The notes under the pieces are model-generated. The model ran no database searches. It was not told the origin of the DNA and saw only the letters and a program-made list of their open reading frames with translations. Source: Octopus vulgaris (lineage: Eukaryota). From it: a stretch of DNA of 64,000 nucleotides. The stretch's first letter is position 1. Every line of letters begins with the position of its first letter. Where the stretch lies: assembly GCA_951406725.2 (NCBI GenBank), contig OX597816.1:79298001-79362000 (forward strand), given 5' to 3'. This document shows, one piece after another, positions 14,785-29,235 of the stretch. The position numbers and the translations under genes are program-made.

Positions 14785-17700
14785 TATTATTATTATTATT
14801 ATGATTATTATTATTATTATTATTATTGTTTTTCCAACCAGTAATTACAAATAGATCAGGGTGAATTGCTTCTTTTCAAGGCAGCTCTCAGTGGTTAGTG
14901 GCCTCTAGTAGTAGTAAACACATTTAAACCTCTGCTGACCCAAAGGGTTCGAAAATTCCTTTGATTCTATGGCTGACCTCCCCACCACCCAAATCTATTT
15001 GTAGACCTGTAGAATATGATCTATTTAACATACTGCTACCCAACTAGTTCCTCAAACAATGGTAGTGGTGGTGATGGTGATAACGATAAAGATAAAAATA
15101 AAAATAATATGCTACAGCTGCTAAAGCTAAATACTACTAATACTACTATAATAATACTACAACTACTACTATTATGATAGCCCAGGAATCTGAGGTCCAA
15201 CTACCACCCTTACCACTACCCCTACCCCTACTACTGTTGCTGCTACTACACCTAAAAACAATAATATCAGTGATATCAGTGATAATAATAATATTAATAA
15301 TAATGAAAGGAAACGGGTGGAGCCTCCTCATGGGCAGATTAATGATACATCTAGTGATGGTGTCACAATAAAAACACTGGTAATCATGCAACCTAATAAT
15401 CACTTCCTCAGATGAGTGACAATGAAAAAACGAAATATTGTGAATAACGGTGGAATGAAACTGAAACCAATGATTGTGACAGTGGTACACTTAGTAGGCT
15501 CAGTGGTTCTGGTCTGGCTCCAGCCTGTCGATATCCAGAAAGGGACCACCCCACACGGCGTAGATGGAACAAGCAAATTAATACTGTGGTCATGGAGTGT
15601 TACTACCTGAGCAGACTGGTAGATAAAAATGGTGCTCAAATTAGGGGTTACCGACAATGTATGTATGGTCATTGGAGAGAAAAGGGAATGTTTCAAATCA
15701 AGGAACAGAGACTATATGATCATGTTAGAGCAATAAGAGAAAACTGTTGGTTCACAGAAGTGGAGCTAGAAGCTTTCAAGAGATAAGTCATGGAAAATAG
15801 CAGCAGAGATAACAATTAAAATACTGTTCTTACTAATAAGTGAAATCCCATAGCACAGGAAAGGAGCAGTGGTAATTTACTTGATGAGAGACATGTAGAA
15901 GATCTAAAAGAAGACAATAAAACTAATGGCGACATGACAGACGAACAAAAGGCAATCTATGACAGAATAAAGTAAAGACTACAGGAGAACGATAGCAATA
16001 TTATTTGCAACCTTTAAAAGGTTGATCGATGGAAATTGAACCAAGAAGCGAAAAATGTCAATGAAATTCTCAAATACATCAGAACAAACAACATCACAGA
16101 AACAAATAATTTGATCAAGGCAGCAAGTATTGTTGTAGCAGAAAACATGGTTGTTGATATCAAGAAATAGAAACATTATGGAAGTGACAAAAGAAAATAT
16201 CCATGGTGGAAAAGAAGAATCTAGGCAGGGTTAAAATGCTCTCGAAGGAAATCTCTGTGTTAGACCAAAAGTGAAAGGATAGCTTAAAAACAAACAAAAA
16301 TACAGGGTACTGAAAAGAATGTCTAATATTAAAAGAAAGGGCCTGAAAGTAGTAATGGAGGAACTGAAACAGCACCTCATTGCAAAGAAAGCAAAGTTGG
16401 TAAGATACGACCAAAGAATGAAGGGTTACCACCAAAATAGGTTACAGAGTAGATTAGAAGAGATTCAATAAAGAAATAAATGGAGAGTGTACAGAGTGTT
16501 GATACCAGATAACATTGAAAGTCAAAGGTTTTGGAGTGACATCTGGAGCAAAGAAAGAACAAGAAGGATGCTGAATGGTTGCAAGAACTGAAACAAACAG
16601 TAGTCTGTCCGAAACAGGCAGAACTAGTCATTTCAAATAGGGAAGTGAAGGAAATCAGCAAAAAAATGAGCAATTGGAAGGCCCCAGGACTAGATGATGT
16701 TCAAAGCTACTAAATCAAAAGATTTGGGGAATGTCATGCACGAATAGCTGTGCAACCCAACACCTTGTTAAATGCCGACCAAGCAACACTAGAGTGGTTG
16801 ACATTGGGTAGGACAGTGCTGTGCCTGAAAAACATCGAAAAAGGCAATATGGTAGACAATTACAGTCCGATATCCTGTTTGCCACTTATGTACGAACATC
16901 GGGAGTCAATGTGCGAACAGAGTCAGTGTACGAACATCAGGAAAAAATGGAGTACTTATGCAGACTGAGACTGATCCTTAAGTTGAAATTAAATAGACGG
17001 AATAAAATCGAAGTTAGCAACACCTGGGCGGTTTCACTCCTTAGATATGGAGGAGGGATAATTGCATGGACAGTAGGTGAACAAACAGCTTAGATAGAAA
17101 GACAAGGAAGTTGCTAACTATATATGGGTCATTCCACCCCAAAATTGACACAGACAGACTGTATATACCAAGAAAAAGAGGTGTAAGAAGACTTATTGGA
17201 TGCGAACACAGCATTAGAGCAGAAAACAACATAGCATGGTATGTAAAAAATGCCACAGAACCACTATTATTAGAAGTAAGAAGGTCAGGCTTGTGTAGGA
17301 TGAAAGATTGCAAAGATAAAGCATTATACAAGAAATTGAAAAGAAATGAAACTGAAAATAGGTGAGTAAAGAAAAGAATGCATGATCAATTTCATAGGGA
17401 TGTTGAAGATAAGACAGACAGAGAAAAAAGATGGCTGTGGATGACTAAAAGTGATTTAAAACTGGAAACAGAGGTTCTAATCTGTGGTGCCCAAGAGCAA
17501 GCACTAAGAACAAACTACATAAAATACAGAGTAGACAACACAGCAGAAAGTGATAAGTGCAGAATCTGTGGACAAAACGGTGAAACTGTATGGCATATTA
17601 CCAGCCAGTGTACGCCACTAGACCAGAAGGAATATAAGAGACACCACGACAATATAGCCAGGCTTGTCCACTTGACACTTTGCAATAAGTATGGTCTTGG

Positions 17701-18241
17701 CAGGGCAAAAAATTGGTACAACCACAAACCTGAAGTCATCATCAAAAATGAAAATGCAAAGATCCTATGGGATTTTATGATTCAGTGCAACCATGAGATA
17801 GAGAATAGGAAACCGGACATAGTCTTAATTGAGAAAGAAAACAAACTATCCTGGATCATAGATATAGCATGCCCAGTTGACAACAAGGTATGTGATAAGG
17901 AAGAAAGAAAAGTGGAGAGATATGACAGGTTAGCTTGGGAGGTTAAGCAGTTGAGGTCAAGGAAAAAAGTAGGAGTATTACCAGTAATTGTTGGAGCCCT
18001 GGGAACAGTGAGAAAAAATCTCGAGAAGTATTTGGAACAAATAGAGGCTGCAATAAAGGTGGAGCACTTGCAGAAAACAGCACTGCTTGGAACCACTCGA
18101 ATAGTCTGGAAGATGCTCAAAAAATAAGAGGTGTTACCTTAGTTCACTGGTAGTGAACAGCTGACACCATAGTACATGTCCAGCGTTAGAAGCTGTGCAA
18201 AGACAATAATAATAATGACAATGATAATAATAATAATGATG

Positions 18242-18291
<50 letters not shown>

Positions 18292-19378
18292 CTGCAAGAA
18301 GTGCAAAAGATTGTCTTAACTGGTACACCTGTAAGAAGTGCAAAAGATTGTCTTAACTGGTACATCACACGTATTGAGAAGAGCATTGTCGATGTGAGAA
18401 CTGTTGCTGCTCATGTATTTTAATTTAACTTAAAAAAAAAAAAAAAATGAACGAACTACTGAGTTTGGTTTAATGGCCTACCAATGTATACTATGAGTTT
18501 CTTTGCCCTAGGAGTCGGGAAGACACTCGGCAAGAAATGGAAGCAAATTTGAAAGAAGAAAAAAAAAAGCAATAATAATAATAATAATAATAATAGTAAT
18601 AACAACAATAATAATAATGATGATGCCTTGATGCAGTACCAGGCTCTGGCTTTCAACGCTTCTGATCATAACTGATTGAAAGTGTTATCATGTGCATGTT
18701 TTGTCTTGATATAAAAGATGGGCTACAGTAAATATTCAAATATTGTGCTCAATATTGACTTTAACCAGGAGAGCATGTCCCTTTGTGGCTGACAATATGT
18801 GCATTTTTGATCACGGGCAGAAGTAGTAGGGGAGCATCATAGTCATGTGTTGAGAGTAATTGTTTGGGGTTTGAATAATTCGCCTCTGGAAACATGTATG
18901 CTTTGTTTAACAGACTTCGACAGCCCTCATTCAGTGACTCTTTTAGTGGGATGGGCTACTTGACTCCTGAGAGAATTCTAACTGGGCCCCAACTGCAAAG
19001 TCATGCACAATTTATCTTGATATGAGATCACCATGTCATGTACATATGGTTGTGATGCATGTGCCTAGAGTACTCTTATCAGATGTGTATATTGAGCTTC
19101 GTATATTTTACCCCAGTATCACTTTGATGGTATGCTCTGCTCTCTCACTCAATAATAATATTAATTTCATATTTTACCACAAGAGCAGCAATTTTGTGGT
19201 TGAACGTGTCAATTACAGTGACCCCAGTGTTCAGCTAGTACTTAATTTATTAACCCCGAAAGAATGAAAGGTAAAGTCAACCTCAGCAGAATTTGAACTG
19301 AGAATGTAGAAATGGGTGAAATATCATTAAGCCTTTTATCCAGCATGCATACAATTCTGCCAGCTTGTTGCCTTAATA

Positions 19379-19436
<58 letters not shown>

Positions 19437-19539
19437 CTTAAGGAAAGTATTATCTGTCTGAGGCCCTCGTGACTTGACAGATAACTAAAGACTCCAGTGC
19501 ATTTTTACCTACACTGTATGATGAAGGAATAATAATGAT

Positions 19540-19585
<46 letters not shown>

Positions 19586-19829
19586 GTAATAATAATAATA
19601 ATAATGATGATAATAACAATAATAATAATGATTGTAGTTTCAAATTTTGGCACAGACAGTTTTTGAGGTGAGGGGGAAGCCAATTACATCAACCCCAGAA
19701 CTTGACTGGTACTTATTTTATTGATCCTCAAAAGAGACCTTTGTAGAATTTAAGCCCAAAACATAGAAAAGTATGAATTGCCTCTAAGCATTTTATCCAG
19801 TGTGCTGACAGTTTCACCAGCACACTGCC

Positions 19830-19885
<56 letters not shown>

Positions 19886-20739
19886 CCTTTCTACTAAAGG
19901 TACAAAGCCTGACTTAATAATAATAATGGTTTCAAATATTGGCACAAGGCCACCGATTCTGGTGGAAGGGGTAATTTGGTTACATTAACCCCAGTGCCTA
20001 AATAGTACCTATTTTATTGACTCCAAAAGAATGAAAGACCAAGTTAACCTTGGTGGAATTTGCTTAATAATATTAATAATGTATGTATGGTTGTTTCTTG
20101 GCTCCAAGAAAGATGATTCTGCAGTTTATTGCTGAACAACCTGCACAGATGATTTGTTTATAGTGATCAAATGTTTGTGCTGCATATCAGCTCACTCCAT
20201 CCATCAAATTGACATTACCTGCACAGCTGCATGGTGTGCCACACATCAGATGTTGAAGTAATCAAAGAACAGAATGAGATGAAATGTTTTGCTCAAGAAC
20301 ACAACACGCCTAGTCCAGTAACTGAACCCACAATCATATAATCATGAGTGAGGAACTGAACCCACAGTCTTATAATCACAATACACCTGGCCAGGAACTG
20401 AACCCATAATCTTATAACCACTTGGCAATGTGCTCTCACAATATTAATTATTTCAAATTTTGGCATAAGGCCAGCAAGTCTGGGAGAAGAGGGTAAGTTG
20501 ATTACATCAACCTCAGTGCTCAACTGGTACTTAATTTATCAACCCCAGTATTCAACTGTTGCTTAATTTATTGACCCCAGAAGATTGAAAGGCAAAGTTG
20601 GCCTTAGCAGAATTTGATCTCAGAATGTAAAAATGGGACAAAATGTTGCTTAGCATTTTGCTTTGCATGCTAATGATTCTACCTGCTCACCACCTTCCTC
20701 ACAATAATAATAATAATAATAATAATAATGATAATAATG

Positions 20740-20814
<75 letters not shown>

Positions 20815-23800
20815 GTTTCGAATTTTGCCACAAGGGCAGCAATTTGGGAGGAGGGGATGAGTCGATTACATCAAACCCCTCCCCAGTGTTCAACTGGTAC
20901 TAATTTTATCAACCCCGAAGGGATGAAAGGCAAAGTCAACCTCAGTGGAACGCACGCACACACACACTTACACACATACATAAACAAATATGTATGTAAA
21001 CATTTATGCACATACAACACACAAACACTATAGGCTGCATCAAAAAAAGAAAAAAATTAAATTAATGAAACAATATTTCCCCACTTGATTGTTGAGCAAT
21101 CATCAATGTAATGTTTCTGGTTAAAGCTACTTTTCAGAACATTTCTAACATAATAGAAATTGTCCAAAGTGTTCTTCTTTTTCAAGAAGTGATTTACCTG
21201 ACATATCATGCTGGTTGACTTATTGCATAGAATTTCCTTCATTTGTTTGAATATTTAAGTGTTTTCTCCATTTGTGGTTGAGATAATTAAATTTAAATAC
21301 AACATTAATGCTTTCATCATTATTGCAACTATAAATTTGAAGTTACAGTGAGAAGAAAAGAATCCTACCCAGGATTTTTTATGAACGGAGATAACACTGA
21401 AGGCTAAATTTCAGTCTTGTTTTTCATTTTGTTAACTCTAAGAAACTAGGATGTTTGTAAACATGATCAATTTATCATTAGCCAAATTTGACTTTAAAAT
21501 CTTTATAAGTAAAAAACAATATGTGATATATTTATTTAATGTTTTGTTAATTGTTTAGTAATACAGAAAGTAAGATTTGTTGAAATATCCCCTGTTGCAG
21601 TTATGTCCCTAACTATATACGTTTGTAATTTTAATGTATTTTAGAATATAGAAATATCAGAAATAGAAGAAATAGTGCTTTCCATCAATTTCTTTTGCTA
21701 TTAAATCTTTTCTTTTTATTTATTTATATTAAAGGAATCATGAAATCATATTTGAAGCTATCCAAGGAAATGGTTTTGACAGTGATATTGCCCTTGATGA
21801 TGTCACCTTATCAGAAAATAGCTGTTCAAGTAAGGGCAAAATATACCATAACATATTATAACATATCAGTAATTAGCTTTAGTAATTATGTTTAGGTGAT
21901 GAGCATGTATACTTACATACATATCTACTGCCTGTGTGTGAAAGAGAGAGAAGGAGTGTGTGTGTAAAATGTGTGTGTGTGTGTGTACATGTACACAAGT
22001 TTACTCCATTCCAACTAGATTTATATTTTTGATGTCAACATTCACCTTACTCAGTAACAGTATAAGAAGAATAATGAAATGAAATGAAAGCTTGAACAAT
22101 GTTCTCATCAACTTCCTCTCTCTATGTTTTCAAATATAAAATTTCATAGATTATTTTACTGACATATATTGTATCCTACACACTGGTTTGTAAGTGTTTG
22201 GAAATTATGGCTTGTTTCAAGATATCTTTCCTGAGATTGCTGGATCGATGCCAGACATACGTACACCATACAGTATTCTATACAAGCCAATGAGAGAGCC
22301 ACTATGTGGTCACTGGACTAACTACAAACAGCAACCAAATCTCTTTCAAATCACATTCTCCTGTCTAGAGAAAAAATGGTCATACTGGATAATGTGGTGC
22401 TATGTATTCCTAAATAATATGAGATGGTCATAGTTGGAATGTTTTTGGTCATAGATCTGCTTGATTCAGGCTGGCTTGGGGACTAAACAACAACAGCACC
22501 ATAGAGTAAGATGCATATATGAAATGTTGCATGCACTACACATCTGCATGTTCTGTACCAAAGCTTGAAACTGGGAAATTTAGTGTTGTCAATGCAAGAA
22601 CAGAAATCATTTACTTAAATAAACAAATTTAGTCAATATGTATTACAATTGAATATACTAAACATTAAGTAATTTGCTCTGATTATTGTTGCATGAATCA
22701 GAGTTATATTACCTCTTCACTAGTAATTAGTTTTTTTCTTGATATATGCATATGAGAAATAACATTTTGCTCACTGTTTTGCTTTGGTTAAAGGTGTATT
22801 TGTGGTCCTCTGAAAATATGCAGTGATAACTTCAGTATGAAATGAACAAAGTGTTTGATAGACTCAAACAACTTTGAAATTCTAGATTTGTATTATATCG
22901 TTTAGAGATAAACTCAAAGTGGTTCCCAGCACTTTGAGGCAACACTCAAACCTTTAGCCATTAACTCTGTACAAAACAAATGAAAGCAGCCAGCAGTGAA
23001 CTGCAAATTCATTTAACTGCCCACTGTGTCCAGTGTCATTATAGTATGTCTCTGGTAACTGGATGAATTAACCAACCTTACAATCCTTTGGCTATAATTG
23101 TTTAAGAAAGGAACTATTTTTGTAAAATAGTGTGAAAAAATGTGCTTTAGAATATGAGTTATTGATTTGTTGAACACTTACTTGGAAATAATTAAATTCT
23201 TTAATCAATTATTTTGCATTAACAGATCACTGGAATGCAAGTTGTGATTTTGAGAGTGGCACTTGTGGTTATGATATTGAAAACATGAATGATATACGCA
23301 GAGGTTGGAGACTTAGCCCAAATAATACAAATGGAATTTCTTCTCGTTCTGGTAATTGTTTTTGTTTATTTTATTATTGTTTCAAGTAAAATGATTTAAA
23401 ATATTGACATTTCAAATAATATTAAAGGTGAAAAGGCATTATATTTCTGTAACTACAAGTAACTTTTGGCTTCACCTAGCAGTGCAACATTGTAAGTATA
23501 TAAGTTGTAAGTATTACAAGCACAGCACATATGTATGCCTCAGTCAAAACCCATCAGTTCATTGAGTGGGCCATATTTGTTATATGTGTAACAGGTATCT
23601 GCTGAAAATAAGCATTATAATGAAATGACACTCATACCTGACAAGTATAATCACATGAGAGCTTCTTTACAAATGCCATATTTGTTCCACCTATCTGCAA
23701 CCAGAGTTCAAATGCTAAGAAGATCAACTTTATCTTTCATTCATTTGCAATCAATTATGTTCCAGTTCAGTTCTGAGGTCACCTTCTCTCTCTCTCTCTT

Positions 23801-26800
23801 TCTCCCCCTCACTCTCTTTCTCTCTACTTATCACAGGTTTGTATCTGTTATTGAAAGATGTTGTCTTGTCACATCTCTCACTCTGGTTCAGTCTGAAAAT
23901 TGTATTAAGGGTAGACATGTTAGTGGAATACTCAACTGGTTACACATTTATACATTCAGCTCAATTGTCAAAAAGTCACCATTTTCTATGAGCAATAACT
24001 CCATAACTTCAGCTTTAAACAAGATATATGGGGAAACTGTAATTTTAGAAAACAATAATTTGATACTGGAAATGAAGATCACTAGAAGTTTTATATCAAA
24101 TATATTACAACACATACACTTCAGTGTGATATTAAAACAATCCATCTACATCAGTTAGCTAAAGTCCTTAATCATTTTCTTTAAATATGATGAGAGCAAC
24201 TGCTATAGACTTGATCACTGTGGTAAATAAAACTGAAGCATAACAGTCCATCTTCTTTAAAAGATTTGAAATTCATTTTTCTAATCAAAAGACTGCAATA
24301 GAATTTTATTTAATATTTGTAATGACTAATCTCCCTATAAATAACAATAGATAATTTGTACAGCTACTACATATCTTGGATGTAATAGAACTTTTCATGC
24401 TCCCATGGACAGAATTTGTACTTTCATTTCTTCCCATCTGCTGTTAACATGTTGAGCACTTTCATAACTGTTGGTAGTTGTACTCATAGAATGGAATTTT
24501 ATGGGCCATAAATGTAGATATTGTCATGCTGTGAGTTATCTAACCTGAAAGCTGGCTTTGACAGTTAAGGTTAGAAAAGACGAGCAGCTCCCTATATTTC
24601 TATAATAATTAAAACTAATAGAGAGAGGAAACCTATTTTATACTCCCAATTTAATTAACCTTATCTGAAATATTATCTTAATTTATATATTCATTTTATT
24701 TTATCATGATCAACAACCTGTCTTCACCTGGTCTTAATTCACTAACTTTTAGTCTCATTCCAACCAACTTTTTTTTAAGTTCAGTAATCTAAAGACTTAG
24801 CAAAATGCCTGTAAAACTTCCTTTTTGTATTCTTCTTGTCCCATTACCATGAGCACAATACCACATGTAAATACACCTCCTGTCATTCCGAATCAATAAA
24901 ATCACTGCCCTGCCAATGTCTCTTTCATCATTCTCAAACAGTACATTCTAAATTCATCTCTTAATCTCCTTAAAAATTTTTTAGATCTTTCACTCTCTCT
25001 AAACAGGAATCTGTCTTGATCTTTGGAAACATACTACAGTGACTCTCATGTCCAAGATATATAATCTCTCTGATCTTGTGAAGTAATAGCTTTTTACTCT
25101 AACTTCCAACATTTCAAGAATTTGAACACATTTGTTAATAACCAGCTTCTCCAACATCAGTACAGCTTACATAATTCTATAGTTAACTATCTCTTTGATG
25201 TCATTTACTCTTGGGAAACTTAATGAAAACAATGTCATTACATTTGACATCAACAAGACATTTGAATGTCTGGTATGGAAATCTGGCTAAAATATCCAAA
25301 TAAGGCTCTCTTCTCTCGGATTAGAAGACTCTTCTCAGACAATTTTCTTTCTCATTTACTCTCTTCTCTCTTGTATAATATACTCTTCTCAAACTATTCA
25401 GCTTTCTGCAAATCACAGATGATCATTCCTAACACTAACACATCACAAACATAACACAAACTGTATCCCAAAGACTAGACATTCTCTTTAGAAACAAAAA
25501 ATTACTCAGTTCTGAACATCTCAACAAAGCTCAAATAAGACCCACAATGTTAAATATCTACCATACATGGAAGGCACTACTGTTACACACAATTATTCAA
25601 TCAATGACATTCAGTTGAAAGATGCAGTTTTTTCACTCTAGCTTTTCTGCCACTACTATAAAAGTCTCTGCTCTTCAAAACTAGCATGTTATTTATGAAC
25701 TCTACTTACATCCACGCATCTTATTCCTTCTCTCAACACTCAGTAATGAGAGAACAGATGAATGTATCTTACTTCTCTGACTGCACCGACCACTTTGCCC
25801 AGTTCTGCCTCCCTACCAAAATTATATGATACATTCGTACATTGTTATTTTTACATTTATCATAAAATAAAATTTATCTTAGTTTTAAACTATTAAAATA
25901 AATATAAAGAATCCCTTAGCTAAAGTGTTTTTCTTTTTTGAGGCCTATATGAGGTCATCTTTAATGAAATGATAAAAAATTCATGATTATGAATGTTTAA
26001 GCTGCTTGATTTCTATACTATAAATTCCATTGCAATTATTATGTTATATTCTTGCACTGAATAGTATATTTTTTTTAAAAGGAAAATATTACATCACAGT
26101 CAGAAATGAGAATTAACTCAGAACTCAGTATCCTCCCTAATTTATTCAAGCAAAAAGTCAAATATTTAAATATATATATATATATATATATGAATAATTG
26201 GCTTAAATAAATAAAATGCAATTGGTGTTATTTGATGATATTTCTCTTTTATTTATATTATATCCATATTATTAAAAAAACAACATCCTTCTTTTTGCAC
26301 CATCATATCAACAAATAACTCCTGATGATTTCTTTAACAAATGCTCACCCATATAAACAGTTTGGAAAATTGTCATCAGATGGAGTATATATACCCATCC
26401 TCATCCATTGTTTCACATCATCAGTGCAATGCTGCCACAAGCTCCCATGCTTATACTTACCAAAAGTATTATGAAGCAGGCAAATATATTCAGAGTATGT
26501 TAATTTCTGCTTATGTATAGTACTTAATGAGCTGAAAGAATTGCCTTCTTGGTTCAGGATATATGCTTCAGTCTTGTGGGTCTCCACGATATCCACAACA
26601 TATGGCACTTGTTCTGCAACTTGAAGAGGGTACTTTTCATCATTGCTCAGTATTTAACAGACATGTCTCACCTTTCTTCACAGCCACTAACAAGAACAAT
26701 GTCTTTACTACACGCATCAACTACTACATGAATATGAAACAGGCCGAAAATTAGTAACAGCAATCGTTTAGCATCCAGGGCTACTTAGTGTGATGATGGT

Positions 26801-29203
26801 AGAGATCGTCATCCACAAGAACTTGCTCTGCAAGGTGGAAAGATCCTTTCAGCACAACTCCCTTGCCATTTTTTATGATAATGCATTTGCCATTTGGTCT
26901 ATAAGGACTTACTGTAATATATTTCTCTAAACCACAAAAGTGTAATGGAGAGATACAATTGAATTAAATCAATGCCAGGAGATGAAAAACTAAGTATGCT
27001 ATGATATCATTTGAATTTGGAACATAATAAAATACTGCAGAATATTCAACTCTGTTAATTAGAAGTGAATGAGGGGAATCTAATTAGTTGAGCATTGGCC
27101 AGATAATAGTTAAACTTATGTTATTAAAGATATTTTTCTAACTTATAAAAAAATTTTTTGTCTACTTAAATATTACTCAATTTATAATTTATTTGAATCT
27201 TAGCAAATAAAATACATTAGCATTAAATATTAAAGGAAATAATCAAAACCTCTTTGACTGTTTTACAGCTAACTACCTGCTATTTACTTCACGTTACAAT
27301 TCAGAGATAAGACACTCTATAAAGTCACCTATGATTGATATTCCAAATGAAAGGATGAAACTTGAATTTCTCTATTATATGCCTGGGACTAAAGCTCAAG
27401 AACTACAAGTAAGATTTGTGGAAGATGAACTTAAACCATGGTTTTATAAAACACCATATTTCTGGCAAGATTCTGGAGACCATGGAACTGAGTGGCAATA
27501 TGGTTGTATGGATTTACCAAGTACACGTGGAAGAATCGTATTCACTGGTATTGCTGAAAATAGCTATTCAACCTTGGGTCTTGATGATTTAGTTATTGAT
27601 AAAGGCAACTGTCGAAGTAAGTAGAATTGTTTTACTCTCTTTGCAAGTGTTGAATGGGTTTTTTGGCTTTGCTTTCTTAAAGTGTTTTAATTCTGTTTCA
27701 TCTCTTTTATGAGAAACTTTATTTCTTATATTTTAATTAAATTAGATTACTTTTAGTTTTGTTTTTTAATCTTCATCTACTTTCACAGTTGGAAAGTCTT
27801 TGATTACAGATCTGGTCATTTTATATTAAAACTGTTCTGTAATTTGAAAAAGTATAAAATATTAGTTGAATAAACGCAGAAAACTACGTGCATGTTATCT
27901 TTTCACCGTTTTTCTGATGGAAGCAGAATGTCAACTACCTTCCCTTTTACTATGTAAGTGTTACATAACAACACAAGATTATATATATCATAGGTATTGT
28001 GAATTGACAGAAACTTAATCTAATCATATAAGTATTTACTAGCATCTGTCAAGTGTTTGTAGAGAATGAATACATGATTAAGTTTATAATCTTTTGTACA
28101 TTTCCCACTACGTCCATGTGTTAGTATCATGTGACAGAATATTTTGCACCTAAACATGTTCACTCAACTGTGTCAGCCTTCTTTTTGGCTTTGTTAAATA
28201 AAAATTATGACATTCTTGCATTTTCCATGGTTATTAGTAATGCAAGTGAACTAAAATAACTATAAGAGCTATATCCAAAATCAGGATGCAGTTCTAGCTC
28301 ATGAATAGTAGATTAAACAAAGAATATATTGAGTAAAACAAAAAACAAACCAACCAAAAATGATGAGATAAATGAGATGTCTCATATAAAAGGCAGCATT
28401 TCAATATTTATTAAATATTTAAAAGTAGTGATGGTGGAGTGGCAGCAGCAGCAGTGATGGTGATTGTAGTTGTCTGCAAATATTTAATATGTACAGATAG
28501 ATTTCCTATCCAATTTCACTTAAATTGATGTTTCTGTTGCTTAGCTCTTAGTTAGGCTTAGCCAATTAGACTTATGATTAAGATGTTCAAGTGGCAGCAA
28601 TTCCAATGTTTATTAAGACATAGTGTATGCAGAACACCGTTATTCAAAATGTCTATTTTTGAAGATCAATAGTGTACTATTCTGGCAGGATGAGCAACCA
28701 AGTAGAGGATCTCTCATTAGTTCACAATTGTTCTCTCTGATGTTGATTTTGTCTTTATCCTTTCAGTATCATTAAAATAAGTGCCAGTCAGATACTGGAG
28801 TCGATCTAATAAATAGTCCTAGCTCCAGAATTTGTTGCCTTCTCCCTAAATTAAAAACTTTAGTTTTGTTATTTGAACAACTAACACCTTCATTTCATTT
28901 TGAGAACATGTATCTCTTTAACATCACAATTGTCATATGTACCATTTATTTGTTTGGGGCTCTTTGATATAAATACATGATACTGTTTTTTCAAACACAC
29001 AGCAAGAAAATTTTAAGGAAGGAACTGTAATGTTTTTGAAAAATATTGCACATTGTTTCCTTATCATCATCGTTGTTACTGTTTTCATTGTCATCATGGC
29101 TGTTGTTGTTGGCAGCGGTGGTGGCAGCAGCGGCAGCAGTGATGGCAGTGGGATCATCATCATCATCGTCATCATCATCATCATCGTCATCATCATCATC
29201 ATT

Positions 29204-29235
<32 letters not shown>

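Noticed and set aside
23625-24158. 177-aa intronic ORF
   Set aside because: No recognisable motif, includes a CT microsatellite, and is not needed for the exon 7 to exon 8 junction.
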